Shown here: one piece after another, positions 48,932 to 62,643 of the stretch | Layout of the letters: each line of letters opens with the position of its first letter | How positions within the stretch are numbered: the stretch's first letter is position 1 | NCBI GenBank assembly: GCA_951406725.2 | Contig: OX597818.1 | Span: forward strand, 135,904,001-135,968,000 | DNA: 64,000 nucleotides | Reading direction: 5' to 3' | Origin: Octopus vulgaris | Taxonomy: Eukaryota | The notes under the pieces: generated by a model | Told to the model about the DNA's origin: nothing | Database searches by the model: none | The model's input: the letters and a program-made list of their open reading frames with translations, nothing else | Translations under genes and position numbers: made by a program

Positions 48932-49243
48932 GTGTCTTCTACTATAGCCTCGGGCTGACCAAAGCCTTGTGGGTGGATTTGGTAAACGGAAACTGAAAGA
49001 AGCCCGTCATATATATGTATATATATATGTATGTGCGTATATGTTTGTGTGTCTGTGTTTGTCCCCCTAGCATTGCTTGACAACCGATGCTGGGGTGTTT
49101 ATGTCCCCGTCACTTAGCGGTTCGGCAAAAGAGACCGATAGAATAAGTACTGGGCTTACAAAGAATAAGTCCCGGGGTTGATTTGCTCGATTAAAGGCGG
49201 TGCTCCAGCATGGCCGCAGCCAAAATGACTGAAACAAGTAAAA
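48932..49243 (+). mobile_element. SINE family C, 5'-truncated
   Basis: Homologous to 5770-6085. Confidence 0.88.
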
Positions 49244-49854
49244 AAAAAAATATATATATATATATTATATATATATACATGTATAGCAATATTATTAATA
49301 TTGATATGTGTGTGTGTGTGTGTGTGCTTGTATCTAACTACTACACATGTAATTTTATTTTAAAGCATATAGCTTTTCTTCCATGTAGGCTGAAGCTAGA
49401 GTTTCAAGTTCAAAAGGGGCTATTGTTGTCAGGTAAATCAACCATGATTGAACAGACTTATAATCAGAGGCAATGTACCTCTTACAAAATTATTGTTTTA
49501 AATTATTTGTAGGACTACATTATCTAATATCCCTTTTTTTTAAAAAACTTTAACACTTTAGTGTGATTTCAGGCAAATTTGGCTGTTGTTTCTAGCAAGT
49601 TGACAAACATTAAAGGGGTATTTTGTGGTGGAGTGGCAGTGGTTATGAAAGGGTATACAAAAACAACTTCATTCAAAATAATTAAAATGTAGCATAAATC
49701 AGCTTGAATGACACAGACTGTGAATTCAGAAGAGCTGTTCAATAACATTTTTATGTTGTAATTTAAGAAGCTTTCTTTCAGATAAAGTTACATATTTTAG
49801 TCTTACAAATAGAAAACCTCAAACGTAACTTAAAACAGGGTTTTACACCCATCA

Positions 49855-50315
49855 TCTCTCTCTATATAAACGGCAGTTTGTCTGTCTGTGTGTCTGTCAG
49901 GTTGTACCCTCACCCTGACCACGGCTTTCAACCGATTCTGATGAAACTTGACACACACATAGCCCAATGTCATAATTCAAAACTAACGCAGTGAAAATTT
50001 TGTAAAGTTCCCCCAGTTCTGAAAAAAATCGATAAATTCGACATGGGGTCGAGAATCTAAGCTTTTTATATGCAACACATTTTCTGTCTAGGGGTGGCAC
50101 AAAATCGACCATTTTATCCGCCCAAAGGGACAGCTACCAGAACATCGTATACACAGAAGTATTCGAGGTGAAGAGAAGACATTGCAACCTACACTCATGG
50201 AGCTGGTTGGTGTCCCTAGAGGGCAAGGACTGTAGAAACATTGGGATTAGACTGGAGCCTGGTGCAGCTACTAGGGGCTCTTACATACCCGGGCAACGCT
50301 GGGCCATGCTGCTAG
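49855..50315 (+). mobile_element. Non-autonomous Helitron carrying a family A fragment
   Basis: A|TC start; CCCGGGCAACGCTGGG hairpin; CTAG|T end. Confidence 0.85.
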
Positions 50316-50782
50316 TTATGACATAAATTGTAGGCAGTTAATATCAATGATGATGATGTTCCAATGATTTTGATGACTGTGACAATCAGTACAATTTTCA
50401 GAAATAAATAAAAGAGTAAAATTTAATTGCCGACATAATACGACTGTCCTGGAAGGGACGCTGTTACTGTTTATTAGTCCCAAGAAACATTGTTTCTAGC
50501 TGGCCATACAACACATTTCTGTGTCCTTATATTTTCAAACCGGGAATTCAGCATCCCTGCCCAGCACAAAACAACTGTGGACTAATTTCAGGGTTATTGT
50601 CCCTCATCAACACAAAGTAGCTGTTTGGCTTTGGTGGTGTTGCCAAATTCACGGCTTGAATATATAGACTTCAATGTGACACACAGCCACTGATCTATAA
50701 AAAGAAATGGTATTATTTCTAAATCTCTCAGAGAGACATACAATAACATTTCTTTAAAGTAAAATCTAATTGCCAACATAAT

Positions 50783-51168
50783 GTGGAAGCACTCCGTCGG
50801 TTACGACGACGAGGGTTCCAGTTGATCCGATCAATGGAACAGCCTGCTCGTGAAATTAACGTGTAAGTGGCTGAGCACTCCACAGACACGTGTACCCTTA
50901 ACGTAGTTCTCGGGGATATTCAGCATGACACAGAGAGTGACAAGGCCGGCCCTTTGAAATACAAGGTACAACAGAAACAGGAAGTAAGAGTGAGAGAAAG
51001 TTGCGGTGAAAGAGTACAGCAGGGATCACCACCATCCCCTGTCGGAGCCTCGTGGAGCTTTAGGTGTTTTCGCTCAATAAACACTCACAACGCCCTGTCT
51101 GGGAATCGAAACCGCGATCCTACAACCGCAAATCCGCTGCCCTAACCACTGGGCCATTGCGCCTCCAC
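50783..51168 (-). mobile_element. SINE family B, full length, inserted in one arm of a fold-back (50715-51381)
   Basis: 12-bp TSD tgccaacataat. Confidence 0.92.
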
Positions 51169-54070
51169 TGCCAACATAATATGGCTGTTCTGGAAGGGAC
51201 ATTGTTACTGTTTATTAGCCCCAAGAAAGATCGTTTCTAGCTGGCTATGTGACACATTATCTGTGTCGGGGCTAATAAACAGTAACAATGTCCCTTCCAG
51301 GACAGTCATATTATGTTGGCAATTAAATTTTACTTTAAAGAAATGTTACTGTATGTCTCTCTCTGAGAGATTTAGAAATAAAAGAGATTTTAGATTAACT
51401 GAATGTAGAGCATAATCTGAGGCCTTAAAGGATTTATGTATATTTGTAATTCAAAATAAAAATAAATATCTGATAATAACCTCTAAAGAATAATTTATTG
51501 GTCACCTAATATCTAGAATAAATCATCTACAGGTGTAGCTGTGTGTGTATGTATGTGTGTTCATGTGTATATATTCTTCCCCTTTTGCTCCTTCATTTGC
51601 TCTTACAGCTCCCCTCCACTGTCATTCACACTTCTAGTTCCACTGTCGCACTCACTTCTACTTACCCCCCCCCGTACCTTAAGTGGCGGGGGGGGGGCTT
51701 ATCTGGACACCACTTAATGACAGTTTACCTCTGTAGCTTCTAGAGTTCATTCTTAACCCATTCTTCTAAATATAAGTAGCTATGGAGGTGCTCTATAATA
51801 AGAACCTGCTCTGCACCCTACATCTTCTTGCACAAAAATGCTCCCCACTTGGGTTTTGTAGTTTTGTGAGCTGTATGGCAGCCTCTCTAGTGCTAGTGGC
51901 ACAGAAACTTGTGAAGTGGTTGGCATTAGGAAGGACATTCAGTCATATATCAGTCATTAGAGCATAATGCAGTCCCGGACCCATTGGCTCCTGTCATATT
52001 GTCCAACCCATGCTAGCATGGAACATGAACTTTAAATGATTATTGTGTGTGTGTGTGTGTATGTGTTTAATTTTGCTCTAAAATGATTTTTGGTTTGTAA
52101 GAGTTGAGTTTTAGGATCACATATGAATGTTACAACTGACAGACTGCAATTTTTAAAAAGTTGGATATCTTTTAGCTTCAGTGCAATCAGTGTAAGTGTA
52201 AAACCAAACAATGTTTCTCATAATTCTTTTATTTTGTAACAAGTTATAATCACTGGACTGTAGCCATACTGGGGCACCACCTTCAAGCTCCTAAGTCAGT
52301 CATACTTGATCACAGGATTTATTTGGGTTTGATACTAATTTTTTTGATTTATATTTAGTCAGTCACTAAGTTAGGCTTTAAGACAAAATACTGGTTTTAT
52401 TACCCTGGTAAACATAAATTAAGTCACAAGTATACAAATATAGAGATGAACACATACACCATCATCATTATCATTTAATGTTCATTTTCCATGCTGGCAT
52501 GGGTTGGATGGCTTGACAGGAATTGGCAAGTCAGGAGACTGCACCGGGCTTCACTGTCTGTTTTGGCATGGGGTTTTACAGCTGGATGCCATTCCTAACA
52601 TCAACCACCTTACAGAGTAGACTGAGTATTTTTTATGTGGTACTGGCCCCCGTGAAGTCAATTTTGGCATGGTTTTTATGGCTGGATACCCTTCCTAATG
52701 CCAAGCACTTTACAAATTCCATCTACCATATTCAGATTGCAAGATATTGGTGAATATGAGGTTATGGTAGAAGACACATGCCCAAGGTGGCATGCAGTGG
52801 GATTGCATCAGGAATCATAGTTGTAAAATGAATTTCCTAATCTTATGAGTATGCCTGTGCTTATAAGTATAATACTTTTAACAGCTCTAATAAATATTTT
52901 TTATTCATAGTTTTTGTTTTCTCTTCCTTGTGAATTTGTCTATTCTAAAATAAATTAAAAAAAAAAAATTTTCAAACAAAAACTGATAGACAATTAATTA
53001 TAAAGATGTAATTTTATTTTTAAACAATTTTTTTGTTAATAACAGTTGGAATAATTTCCTTCTGAAAGACAATGGCAATTTTGACGCATAACAGTACTTA
53101 TTTTGCTGACCACTGAAAGATGAGAAAAAAAAAGAAAAAGAAAGAAAGAAAAAATCCCCCTTGCATTCAGAATGAAAAAGAAAAACAAGTGGAGATAAAT
53201 TAAATGCAATAAGACATCTAGTTCCAGACTCCTTGGGGGTTTGAAATACTACATAAATAGATAATAAAGTTAATTGTTCCTGATTCCTAATTCAAATAAT
53301 ATCTGCTTCTTTTTTAATGTTGTATGTAAAATATTACACTAAAAAAATAAATTAAGACAAAGGGAAAGCCTTTGTGGCTTTTCATTCATCTTTACATTCT
53401 GAGTTCAAGTTCTGCCAAGTTCAACTCTGCCTTTCATCCTTTCTGGGCTCAACAAAATAATTACCAGTTGAGCACTAGAGTCAATGTAATTGACTTACTC
53501 CCTCCCCTGAAATTGCTGGCCTTGTGCCGAAATTTGAAACCAATATCACGCAGAAAATTCTCTTTCAGAGTGCACATGTATTTATACAAAAAATAAATAG
53601 TTTATGCAATAGTTTAGATATAAATATAATTTGCTGCTGCTAATTTTAGTAATTTTCTGACTTTTGCATTTTAATCTTAATCATGAAATTATCTTCAATT
53701 ATGAAATAACAGGCTTTCCCGGCTGTGCTCATAAACTTATTTTAAATATTAAAAAAGAAATAGTTTTTGCTTAAATTTCTGAGATGAAAAATTATCATTA
53801 CTGTACACTGATATATTAAGACTGTTGTCTTCTCTAGGATGTTATACTCATGTTTCAGCCATTGTATCCTCTGACCTTTATTTAAGTGCTCATTATATTT
53901 GGTAATAAAATTATGGAATTCAGAGAATGTTACCATGTACAACAGGCGTCTGAAGAAGGTTAGAAACATTGTGATGCTAACAGTGAAGATGAAGATACTA
54001 GTCTGAATATATCAGTGTATAACAAAAAAGAAATGTGGCCAAGACAAACATAATAGTGATTTCTTTCTTA

Positions 54071-54292
54071 TTTCTTTACTACCCAGAAGGGGTTAAACAC
54101 AGAGGGGACAAACAAGGACAGACAAACGGATTTAGTCGATTACATCGACCCCAGTGCGTAACTGGTACTTAATTTATCGACCCCGAAAGGATGAAAGGCA
54201 AAGTCGACCTCGGCGGAATTTGAACTCAGAACAAAATAAATATGGCTACGCATTTCGCCCAGCGTGCTAACGTTTCTGCCAGCTCGCCGCCT
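54071..54292 (-). mobile_element. SINE family D inserted in one arm of a fold-back (54028-54438)
   Basis: TSD tttctttctta; reverse complement of 61251-61481. Confidence 0.88.
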
Positions 54293-54892
54293 TTCTTTCT
54301 TAGGCACAAGAAAGGGTTTCTTTTTGTTTAATCATAAATTGACATGAATTATATCAAATTATGATTAAACAGAAAGAAACTCTTTCTTGTGCCTAAGAAA
54401 GAAATCACTATTATGCTTGTCTTGATCACATTTCTTTTAATGAAATTCATTAAGTTTGAAAGGTAGGTAAAACATGGATATTAGCAGAATTTCTTTCAAG
54501 CACAGTTAAATTCATCCCTTCAGGAGATACTGTAAAACAGATAATTATTTTACTAGTTTATAATGTGAAGTCCAAAAACTGTGATAGATTTGTATTCTAT
54601 TAAAGGAAATAGATTTTTTAAAAACTTCTTAATACCATGCTAACCACACTAATAAAGTCCATAACCTTTTGCTTTTGAAGTGGTAGTTGTAAAGTTATTT
54701 CATTGTGAATTTGTTATAGGAGAATAACAAATAATAATGATTTTAAAGAAGCACAGGGCTACAAGAGTAGGAGGGTATAATCAAGTAAATAAATCCTAGT
54801 AACTGACTGGTACTTATACATTGGCCTCTCACTGATGAAAAGGCAAAGCTGATCTTGGTAGAGTTTCAATTTTGAATATAAAAAGAAGCAAC

Positions 54893-55121
54893 TTAACCCT
54901 TTCATTACTGCATTTATTTTGAGATGCTCTGTGTTTCTTCCAATTATTTTAAATATAACGAATAATTAAGTAAGATAACATGGTTATCATTGAGCTAGTG
55001 TTAGGAACATAAATTGTGACTAAGATTTGGTGGAAGATTTGAATTCAAAACTTATGAAAACAAGGCATTTATACTAAAGACCCAGAGCCAGTTTCAGCCG
55101 GGTTGGTAACAAAAGGGTTAA
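54893..55121. mobile_element. piggyBac-type MITE, family 2
   Basis: TTAA TSD; homologous to 37554-37768. Confidence 0.85.
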
Positions 55122-56237
55122 ATACCACAAGGTATTTTTTCCTACTACTTTATCAATTCTGTCACTCTCCTACCCTTTCATAATAAATAGTAACAAATTG
55201 AATACTACAAAAGCAGCAGTCAAGTAAAGATTTTTTATGATAAATATTTGAAAATAGCAGGAGAGGAAAAGCAACTAGTAGCTTATTGATTTGAGTCAAC
55301 ACAACACTGATTAACATTTATATTAGAAAAAAACAGTATCCAAAAAAGTGAAAGAAAAACATCCACAAAACTGTACCATTTAGTTGCTAATTATAAACTA
55401 TCTCTGAAGATAATTCTAATTATGAATTATGTGATAATTTGGCTATAAAATTCATCATCTTAAACATCAGTATGAAAGCAAACTTGAGTCATTTCATAAC
55501 AATTAGGAGTTCAAAAAAGGTTCAAAGAACCATTTCCTTTTGTATGATGAAATTAGTAATAATAATCACATTTTGAAAAAGAAATTTACCAACATACTGT
55601 TTATAGTTAGTTGATTGAAAGAGAGAGATAATTATAATGAATTGCAAAATGTAGACAAATATCTGCAGACACTGATACGTATGAGTTCAATAATCCTGTA
55701 CTCCCCAATGAGAATTAGTGAACAGTTAAAATAGATAATAAATGAGCAAAAAATCCACAGTAATAAATATTAGTTTGTACTTTACAGCTAAATAACAATC
55801 AACTCTTTCTTATATGAATTTGTACATTGAGATCAAAAGATAAATTCTTAGACAACTTGATGTTTAAGATCAATAAATGATCTGACCATGAAAGCGCAAT
55901 GAAACAAACTGTAGTAAGCTTGGCAATATTAGTCACTTATTATTTGATAAGATTATATCCAAGGAAATGTAATTTATTGATAAGAAAATCTACCATTTTT
56001 TATCACTCTCTTTCTACATCTAGATTATAATTACTGTAATTCTAAATTAGTTTTATCTTAGTTTTACTTAGACACACTTCTCATTCATTGCTTTTTTGTT
56101 ACAGTTCCGGAATTATAAACCCTTTTCTAAATGCAATATCAAATTCATATTTAAAGAACTGCATCAAATATTATTTATGATTCAATCCCAGCATGAATAC
56201 AATCTCTGGGATCAAAAGAGGTTTATGTTGTCAAGCC

Positions 56238-56562
56238 TCATCATCATCATCATCATCATCATCGTTAAACGTCTGTTCTCCATGCTAGCATGGGTTGGAC
56301 GGTTCGACCGGGGTCTGGGAAGCCAGAAGCTGCACCAGGCTCCAGTCTTATTTGGCAATGTTTCTACAGCTGGATGCCCTTCCTAACGCCAACCACTCCG
56401 TGAGTGTAGTGGGTGCTTTTTACGTGCCACCTGCACAGGTGCCAGGCGAGGCTGGCATCGGCCATGGTCGGATTGGTGCATTTACGTGCCACCTGCACGG
56501 AAGCCAGTTGAGGCGGCACTGGTTTCGGCCACGATTCGGATGGTGCTTTTTACGTGCCACCG
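56238..56562 (-). mobile_element. Family A retroposon
   Basis: Family core, tandem units, tail. Confidence 0.88.
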
Positions 56563-57702
56563 ACATTGTCAAAATATGTTGTCTTGAGGAAATGTCTAAT
56601 GTTTCAGTTAATTCTTTTCTAAGGAAAGGTTGTACTTCAATCATTAGATATTTCTTATCCTTATGGCAATGTAATAATCTCAATCAATCATTCCACTATT
56701 TGAGGAGTGTCTAATAGTTCATTGACACTTGTCCTCTTCCTCATTCTAGCAAGTAATGATAAATACATGAACAAATTAGAAGGCAGCCACTTGTCTGTTA
56801 TTAGAGCATTGGATAGAATGGCTTGCAGCATTTGTTTTGGTTCTCTGAGCTCTGACTTCAAATACCATTGATGTCAACTTTACTTTTCACCCCTCCAAAA
56901 TCAATAAATAAAATACTAGTTCAGGCCAGTAGATTGGTAGAATAGTTAGGATGTCATATGAGATACCTTGTAGTATCTGTTCTCTACCTTGTAATATCTG
57001 TTCTTGACAGAAGTGCCTATGATAACAAGCTGTATCAGCTTTAGCTTTTTTGTAAGACAACATTGGCGGTGTAGAGAGGGGAAGCATCTATGTTATTTCA
57101 TGAAAACCTTACTCAGGCCAGCACCTTCAAAAGAAATATGTTAGGTGTAGGTATCTTAGGGCTTTCGTATGTCTTGTAAGAGATATGTGGAGGCTTTGGA
57201 TATGTAAATGCAATACCAAAATATTGTAAAAATGTTCTAACATGCTGCAGATACTACAAATTATCTGGGAATGTAAATAGAGACTGTTAGCTTATTAGAA
57301 TAAAGCCTGCATTTATAACTTTACTTTAGCAATTATCTTACACTATTTATCTGTAGATTATCATGAACTAGCAGTAATACCTGTTGTTGATTGGGTAATT
57401 ACTCTTACTATTTCTCGAGCTGAGAAGCTAGAAAAATGAGTATATCATATAGAAGAATAGCTTTATAGAATCCAGGTGACTGTGCGATGGCACTGAGAAG
57501 GCCACAGGTGAAGTGGAAGACCCATTTGTCATGGTTTCTTTTGACATTTGAATAGGCCGTATGCCCAAGGAGAATTGAAAGATTCAGTTTCGAATCTGAA
57601 CCAGGGTGAGACTATGACTACAGATTTAGGCTTACTCATCCTGTATGTGTGTATTAAATAAGAGAAAAACATGTAATAATTGAAAATCTCTTGTTTAGCA
57701 TC

Positions 57703-57943
57703 TTACTCTTTACTCTTTTACTTGTTTCAGTCATTTGACTGCGGCCATGCTGGAGCACCGCCTTCAGTCGAGCAAATATACGACAGGCTTCTTTCAGTTT
57801 CCGTCTACCAAATCCACTCACAAGGCATTGGTCGGCCCGGGGCTATAGCAGAAGACACTTGCCCAAGATGCCACGCAGTGGGACTGAACCCGGAACCATG
57901 TGGTTGGTTAGCAAGCTACTTACCACACAGCCACTCCTGCACC
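57703..57943 (-). mobile_element. SINE family C with internal deletion
   Basis: Head and tail retained, middle absent relative to 30640-31035. Confidence 0.85.
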
Positions 57944-58260
57944 TATAGATTTTCAATGCCAATCTCATTGTTATTCAGACTTGTAAATCTTTGGATCTTG
58001 AGTAACTTGTCTTTCTCTAATTCTCATTTTATTGTTGTTGTCCTCTTTTGCAAGAAGTGTTTCTACTCTTAGTAGTTTCTGTCTTATAGAACCACTTCTA
58101 GCTGCTATGATGGATGTAATTTCAATTCTTTTAAATCTTGAGTTGATTTGTTTTTAGGGCAGATTCTCATTTGATCCTCCCCATCACCACCTTCTCTTTT
58201 GTAACTCTCAACAAACTTGATACTTGGGTCATGTTTTATTATTGCCCCTTTGGGAGTGGG

Positions 58261-58630
58261 ATGGAAGCACTCCGTCGGTTACGACGACGAGGGTTCCGGT
58301 TGATCCGATCAGCGGAACAGCTGTAAGTGGCTGAACACTCCACAGACACGTGTACCCTTAACGTAGTTCTCGGGGATATTCAGCGTGACACAGAGAGTGA
58401 CAAGGCTGGCCCCTTTGAAATACAGGTACAACAGAAACAGGAAGTAAGAGTGAGAGAAAGTTGTGGTGAAAGAGTACAGCAGGAATCACCACCATCCCCT
58501 GCCGGAGCCTCGTGGAGCTTTTTAGGTGTATTCGCTCAATAAACACTCACAACGCCCGGTCTGGGAATCAAAACCGCGATCCTACGACCACGAGTCCGCT
58601 GCCCTAACCACTGGGCCATTGCACCTCCAC
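58261..58630 (-). mobile_element. SINE family B
   Basis: tttgggagtg duplicated in the flanks; small internal deletion. Confidence 0.9.
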
Positions 58631-61250
58631 TTTTGGGAGTGACTCCCAATGGGAATAAATAAAAATTCAAATTCATTTAATTTGTGATAAATAATAACTT
58701 GAACTATAATTTTTTTATTATGGACTAATAGTTTTCAGTTTTTAATTTTGATGTTTGAATAACCAAATACTGATGACTGTAACAACCATTAATAATAGTT
58801 AAAAAAATTATAAAGTGATGCAAATTATGTTTACACTTATTTTCATTATTATGTTTGATAAACTTTCAAAATGAATTGTTAATACATAATTTTTGTAGGA
58901 ATGCTATAAAAAAGCTTATTGATTAAAAGAAAAAATATATAATTTATATTTATTTATTTAGGGCAAATGAAATATACAAATAAAAGAAGCAAGTTTATTT
59001 GTTATTGTGTTACAAAAGAATAAACAGCTCTTTTTCCTAAATCAATATCTTGACATTTTCAAAGCTATTTACAACAAGCTATATTGATACATTCTTAATT
59101 TATGTATAATTACTTTCGGTTTTCAATGTAAGGAATTTCATTTCAATCATAAGTGGAACCAGCACAGTTTTTGCCAAGCTTTCCTTCATTCATTGGCATC
59201 GATATTTTTACATAAAATATTTGAAATTGATTTCTTTACTTGTTTTTTTTTCTGCATTTTATCTATTTAACATGTTCTATTCTTCAGGAATGTTGCACAA
59301 GAATCAGGAAACAGAAACGTAACCAGTAGCAACAGTGAAACTGTGTAGCAATTAAAAGTACTTTTATCTAAATTGCTCTTTCAAACTAAAGGATAATTTA
59401 AGAAAATGCTGACAAGCTTTTAAGCTTTTAAATATTTAAATATTCTATGAAATTAAATTATGCATGAAACAGAGAATTGATTTTAACAATTCTAAGCTTC
59501 GATACTATAATACATTTCAGGAAACAAAGGAACAATTTCAGAATTTCAAACCACAAATTATGTAGTATAAAAATTTTGTCTTGTTGTAATCATTCTTTAT
59601 CTCCAGTTCCTTCTATCTGCCATTTCCTTCTTTCACTCCCTTGTATCCCTGACTTTTGACTTTCTCAACACCATCTATTCTCTCAGACTTTTCTATAATT
59701 CCTTCCCATTTATGTCTCAAAGCCAACTTTCCTCATAGCAATACAACATATTGAATTTTCTTAATGATATAAAGATAAAAGATTATACCAAAGTATATAA
59801 AGTCAACTGATTAAACTAAGTTAAGTCTACCATGGAATATTGTTGTGTTTGAGGATCAATTTCTCAAACTGCTCTTTAACTACTATTCAAGTTTCACTCT
59901 ACTGATATCATTTTCACAAATTAATTCTTCTTCAATGAAATATTAATCATATTCATTTTCCCTTCTTTCTTGACATGGGTGCGCAGACAATAAACGAAGA
60001 GTTACTATTCATACAAACGGTCTTGTTTGTTTGGTATCTTCTATGAAAGCATGTCTGGGTTGTTTGTTATCTGATAGACTCAGGGAAACAGGCGAGGGTT
60101 GGCAACAGGTGGTATCTGGCCAAAGAAAAAAACTACCTCAATAAAATCTCATCCGACTTGTGTAAGCACGAAAAAGTAGATGTAAAATGATGATGAGGAT
60201 GATGATGTTGATTATTTTGTAACCCAACTTATACTGAGGCAGTACTTTTTAAATGATCCAAGCAACATTATAAAAAGTATACAAGTTAAAGAATAACATT
60301 TAGTATCTTGTACCTTCAATATATTTACTTAGTATGTCTCTCAATTTTGTTCATAAATGCATTTAAAGGATCTTCATAACCAACAAACTGGTTTGGATTG
60401 ACTGGAAAATGTCACCTTGCTTAATGTATTCTTGATAACTTGATATCTTTAAGTGACTCCTTTTCATTTTAATAACAATAAAACTGTTATATTATTGATA
60501 AAAAAAAAACTGAAGGTATCAACATTTTAAAATATTTTTTTAAAATGTATAGTTCAAAGAGAAAACTAAAAATACATAAAATTGTATAACTACCAATATT
60601 TGCTAAACTGGTGCCATCACTTCTGTGGGTCTCCTTGAATCCCATATTTATTTTACTTTTCTCATGTGAATTTTACCATAAGTGAAATTATATCCTAAGT
60701 AGTTTTCAATTGTCAATCATGTCATTAAAGTACTTCAGTTAAATACTTTCAAAAACCTTGATAAATTCATAATATTAGTATTTATCATTGTTTTTTTTTA
60801 TATAATTTTGAAATGTTAATCCTTTCAGTTATACATGCAAATACAAACATAATGACAAGTATATTCAACTTTGAGATGAAGTACCTAAAACATACATATT
60901 AAGTACTAGAATAGAGCATCTTTAAAAATACTTAAGTGAAGTAGTTAAAAGAGCCCTGTTTGTTGTTAGTATACAAAGAAAAAGGTCTCAGACTGTTACA
61001 AGAAAGAGTATTGAGGAGAAATAAAAGTAGTTAGATCTCATAATCCATTGAGTTGTTGGATTATCACTAGAGAATTTATTTTCATTTTGTGACTCAAAGA
61101 GAGGATACACTGGGCATAGTCCACAGTATTGATTTGAGTGCACTATTGCAAATTAGTAAGACAATTTTATGGTGCTTCACTACTTCTCTACTGTAGTAAG
61201 CTGTATCTTTACATGGTATTGATTAATTGGTGAGCTGGCAGAATCGTGAA

Positions 61251-61481
61251 GGCAGCGAGCTGGCAGAATCATTAGCATGCCGGGCGAAATGCATAGCTGT
61301 ATTTCGTCTGCTGTTACGTTCTGAGTTCAAATTCCGCCGAGGTCGACTTTGCCTTTCATCCTTTCGGGGTCGATAAATTAAGTACCAGTTATGCACTGGG
61401 GTCGATGTAATCGACTTAATCCGTTTGTCTGTCCTTGTTTGTCCTCTCTGTGTTTAGCCCCTTGTGGGTAGTAAAGAAATA
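61251..61481 (+). mobile_element. SINE family D, young copy
   Basis: Head, B-box and core; ggtattgattaat present in both flanks. Confidence 0.88.
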
Positions 61482-61957
61482 GGTATTGATTAATCTAGAG
61501 CAAGGTGATCTGAGATATTGAAAGTTAAGTAACATTTGTATGGATACAATGCAATATTAATAGATTAAGAATGATCAACCATTAGGGTGGCTGGCAGCCT
61601 ATCATTCTGGCCAGCTGTGGCTCTCATGAAAGAAACAGGCTTAATGTAAAGATATTTTTCTGTATTAAAGAATATAAAGAAAATTAGTTAAGCATAACTC
61701 TCAATTATTATTTTAGACTAATAATTTCTTTCTGGGGAGGGTAAATGACAAAACTGTCAAGGAATTTAATAAAAACGTTTCTTTGAACTTGTTAGAATAC
61801 AGTTTTAGACGATTTTCAAAACTGATACTTCATCTTATTTTTTTCCCTCAATATATCTAAAACATCAAGTTTAGTACCAAAGAAATTAACTGGGTATCAA
61901 AATCTAACTTACTTCTTATTTATATTTATTAATAAGAAAAGAAGAGATTTATTATAG

Positions 61958-61994
<37 letters not shown>

Positions 61995-62264
61995 CAATGG
62001 AATATAAAAAATTAAAAGTTACAATAAATATTGTTTATAAATTGAAGAAAATAAATGAAGAATCTTGTATGAAACAATAAGAGAGTGGAGTGAAGAAATT
62101 TGGACCAAACTGAGAAAATAAATATCTGACAAAGAATAGGCATGAAATAGGATCATTAACAGATTTAATAAATATAATGATAATTTTTTACATTAGGTAA
62201 AAGCCCAGTTTGTTTGAAAGATGAAAATAGTGAAATATTTTCTGATATATATCTTATCAAGCTA

Positions 62265-62643
62265 TGGAAGCACTCCGTCGGTTACGACGACGAGGGTTCC
62301 GGTTGATCCGAATCAACGGAACAGCCTGCTCGTGAAATTAACGTGTAAGTGGCTGAGCACTCCACAGACACGTGTACCCTTAACGTAGTTCTCAGGGATA
62401 TTCAGTGTGACACAGAGAGTGACAAGGCCGGCCCTTTGAAATACAGGTACAATAGAAACAGGAAGTAAGAGAAAGTTGTGGTGAAAGAGTACAGCAGGGA
62501 TCACCACCATCCCCTGCTGGAGCCTCATGGAGCTTTAGGTGTTTTCGCTCAATAAACACTCACAACGCCCGGTCTGGGAATCGAAACCGCGATCCTATGA
62601 CCTCGAGTCCACTGCTTTAACCACTGGGCCATTGCGCCTCCAC
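62265..62643 (-). mobile_element. SINE family B, full length
   Basis: TSD tatcaagctat. Confidence 0.92.

Noticed and set aside
56887-57300. Possible coding or retroelement fragment (PPMLSYKKAK)
   Set aside because: Only faint resemblance to a Penelope linker; too decayed to call
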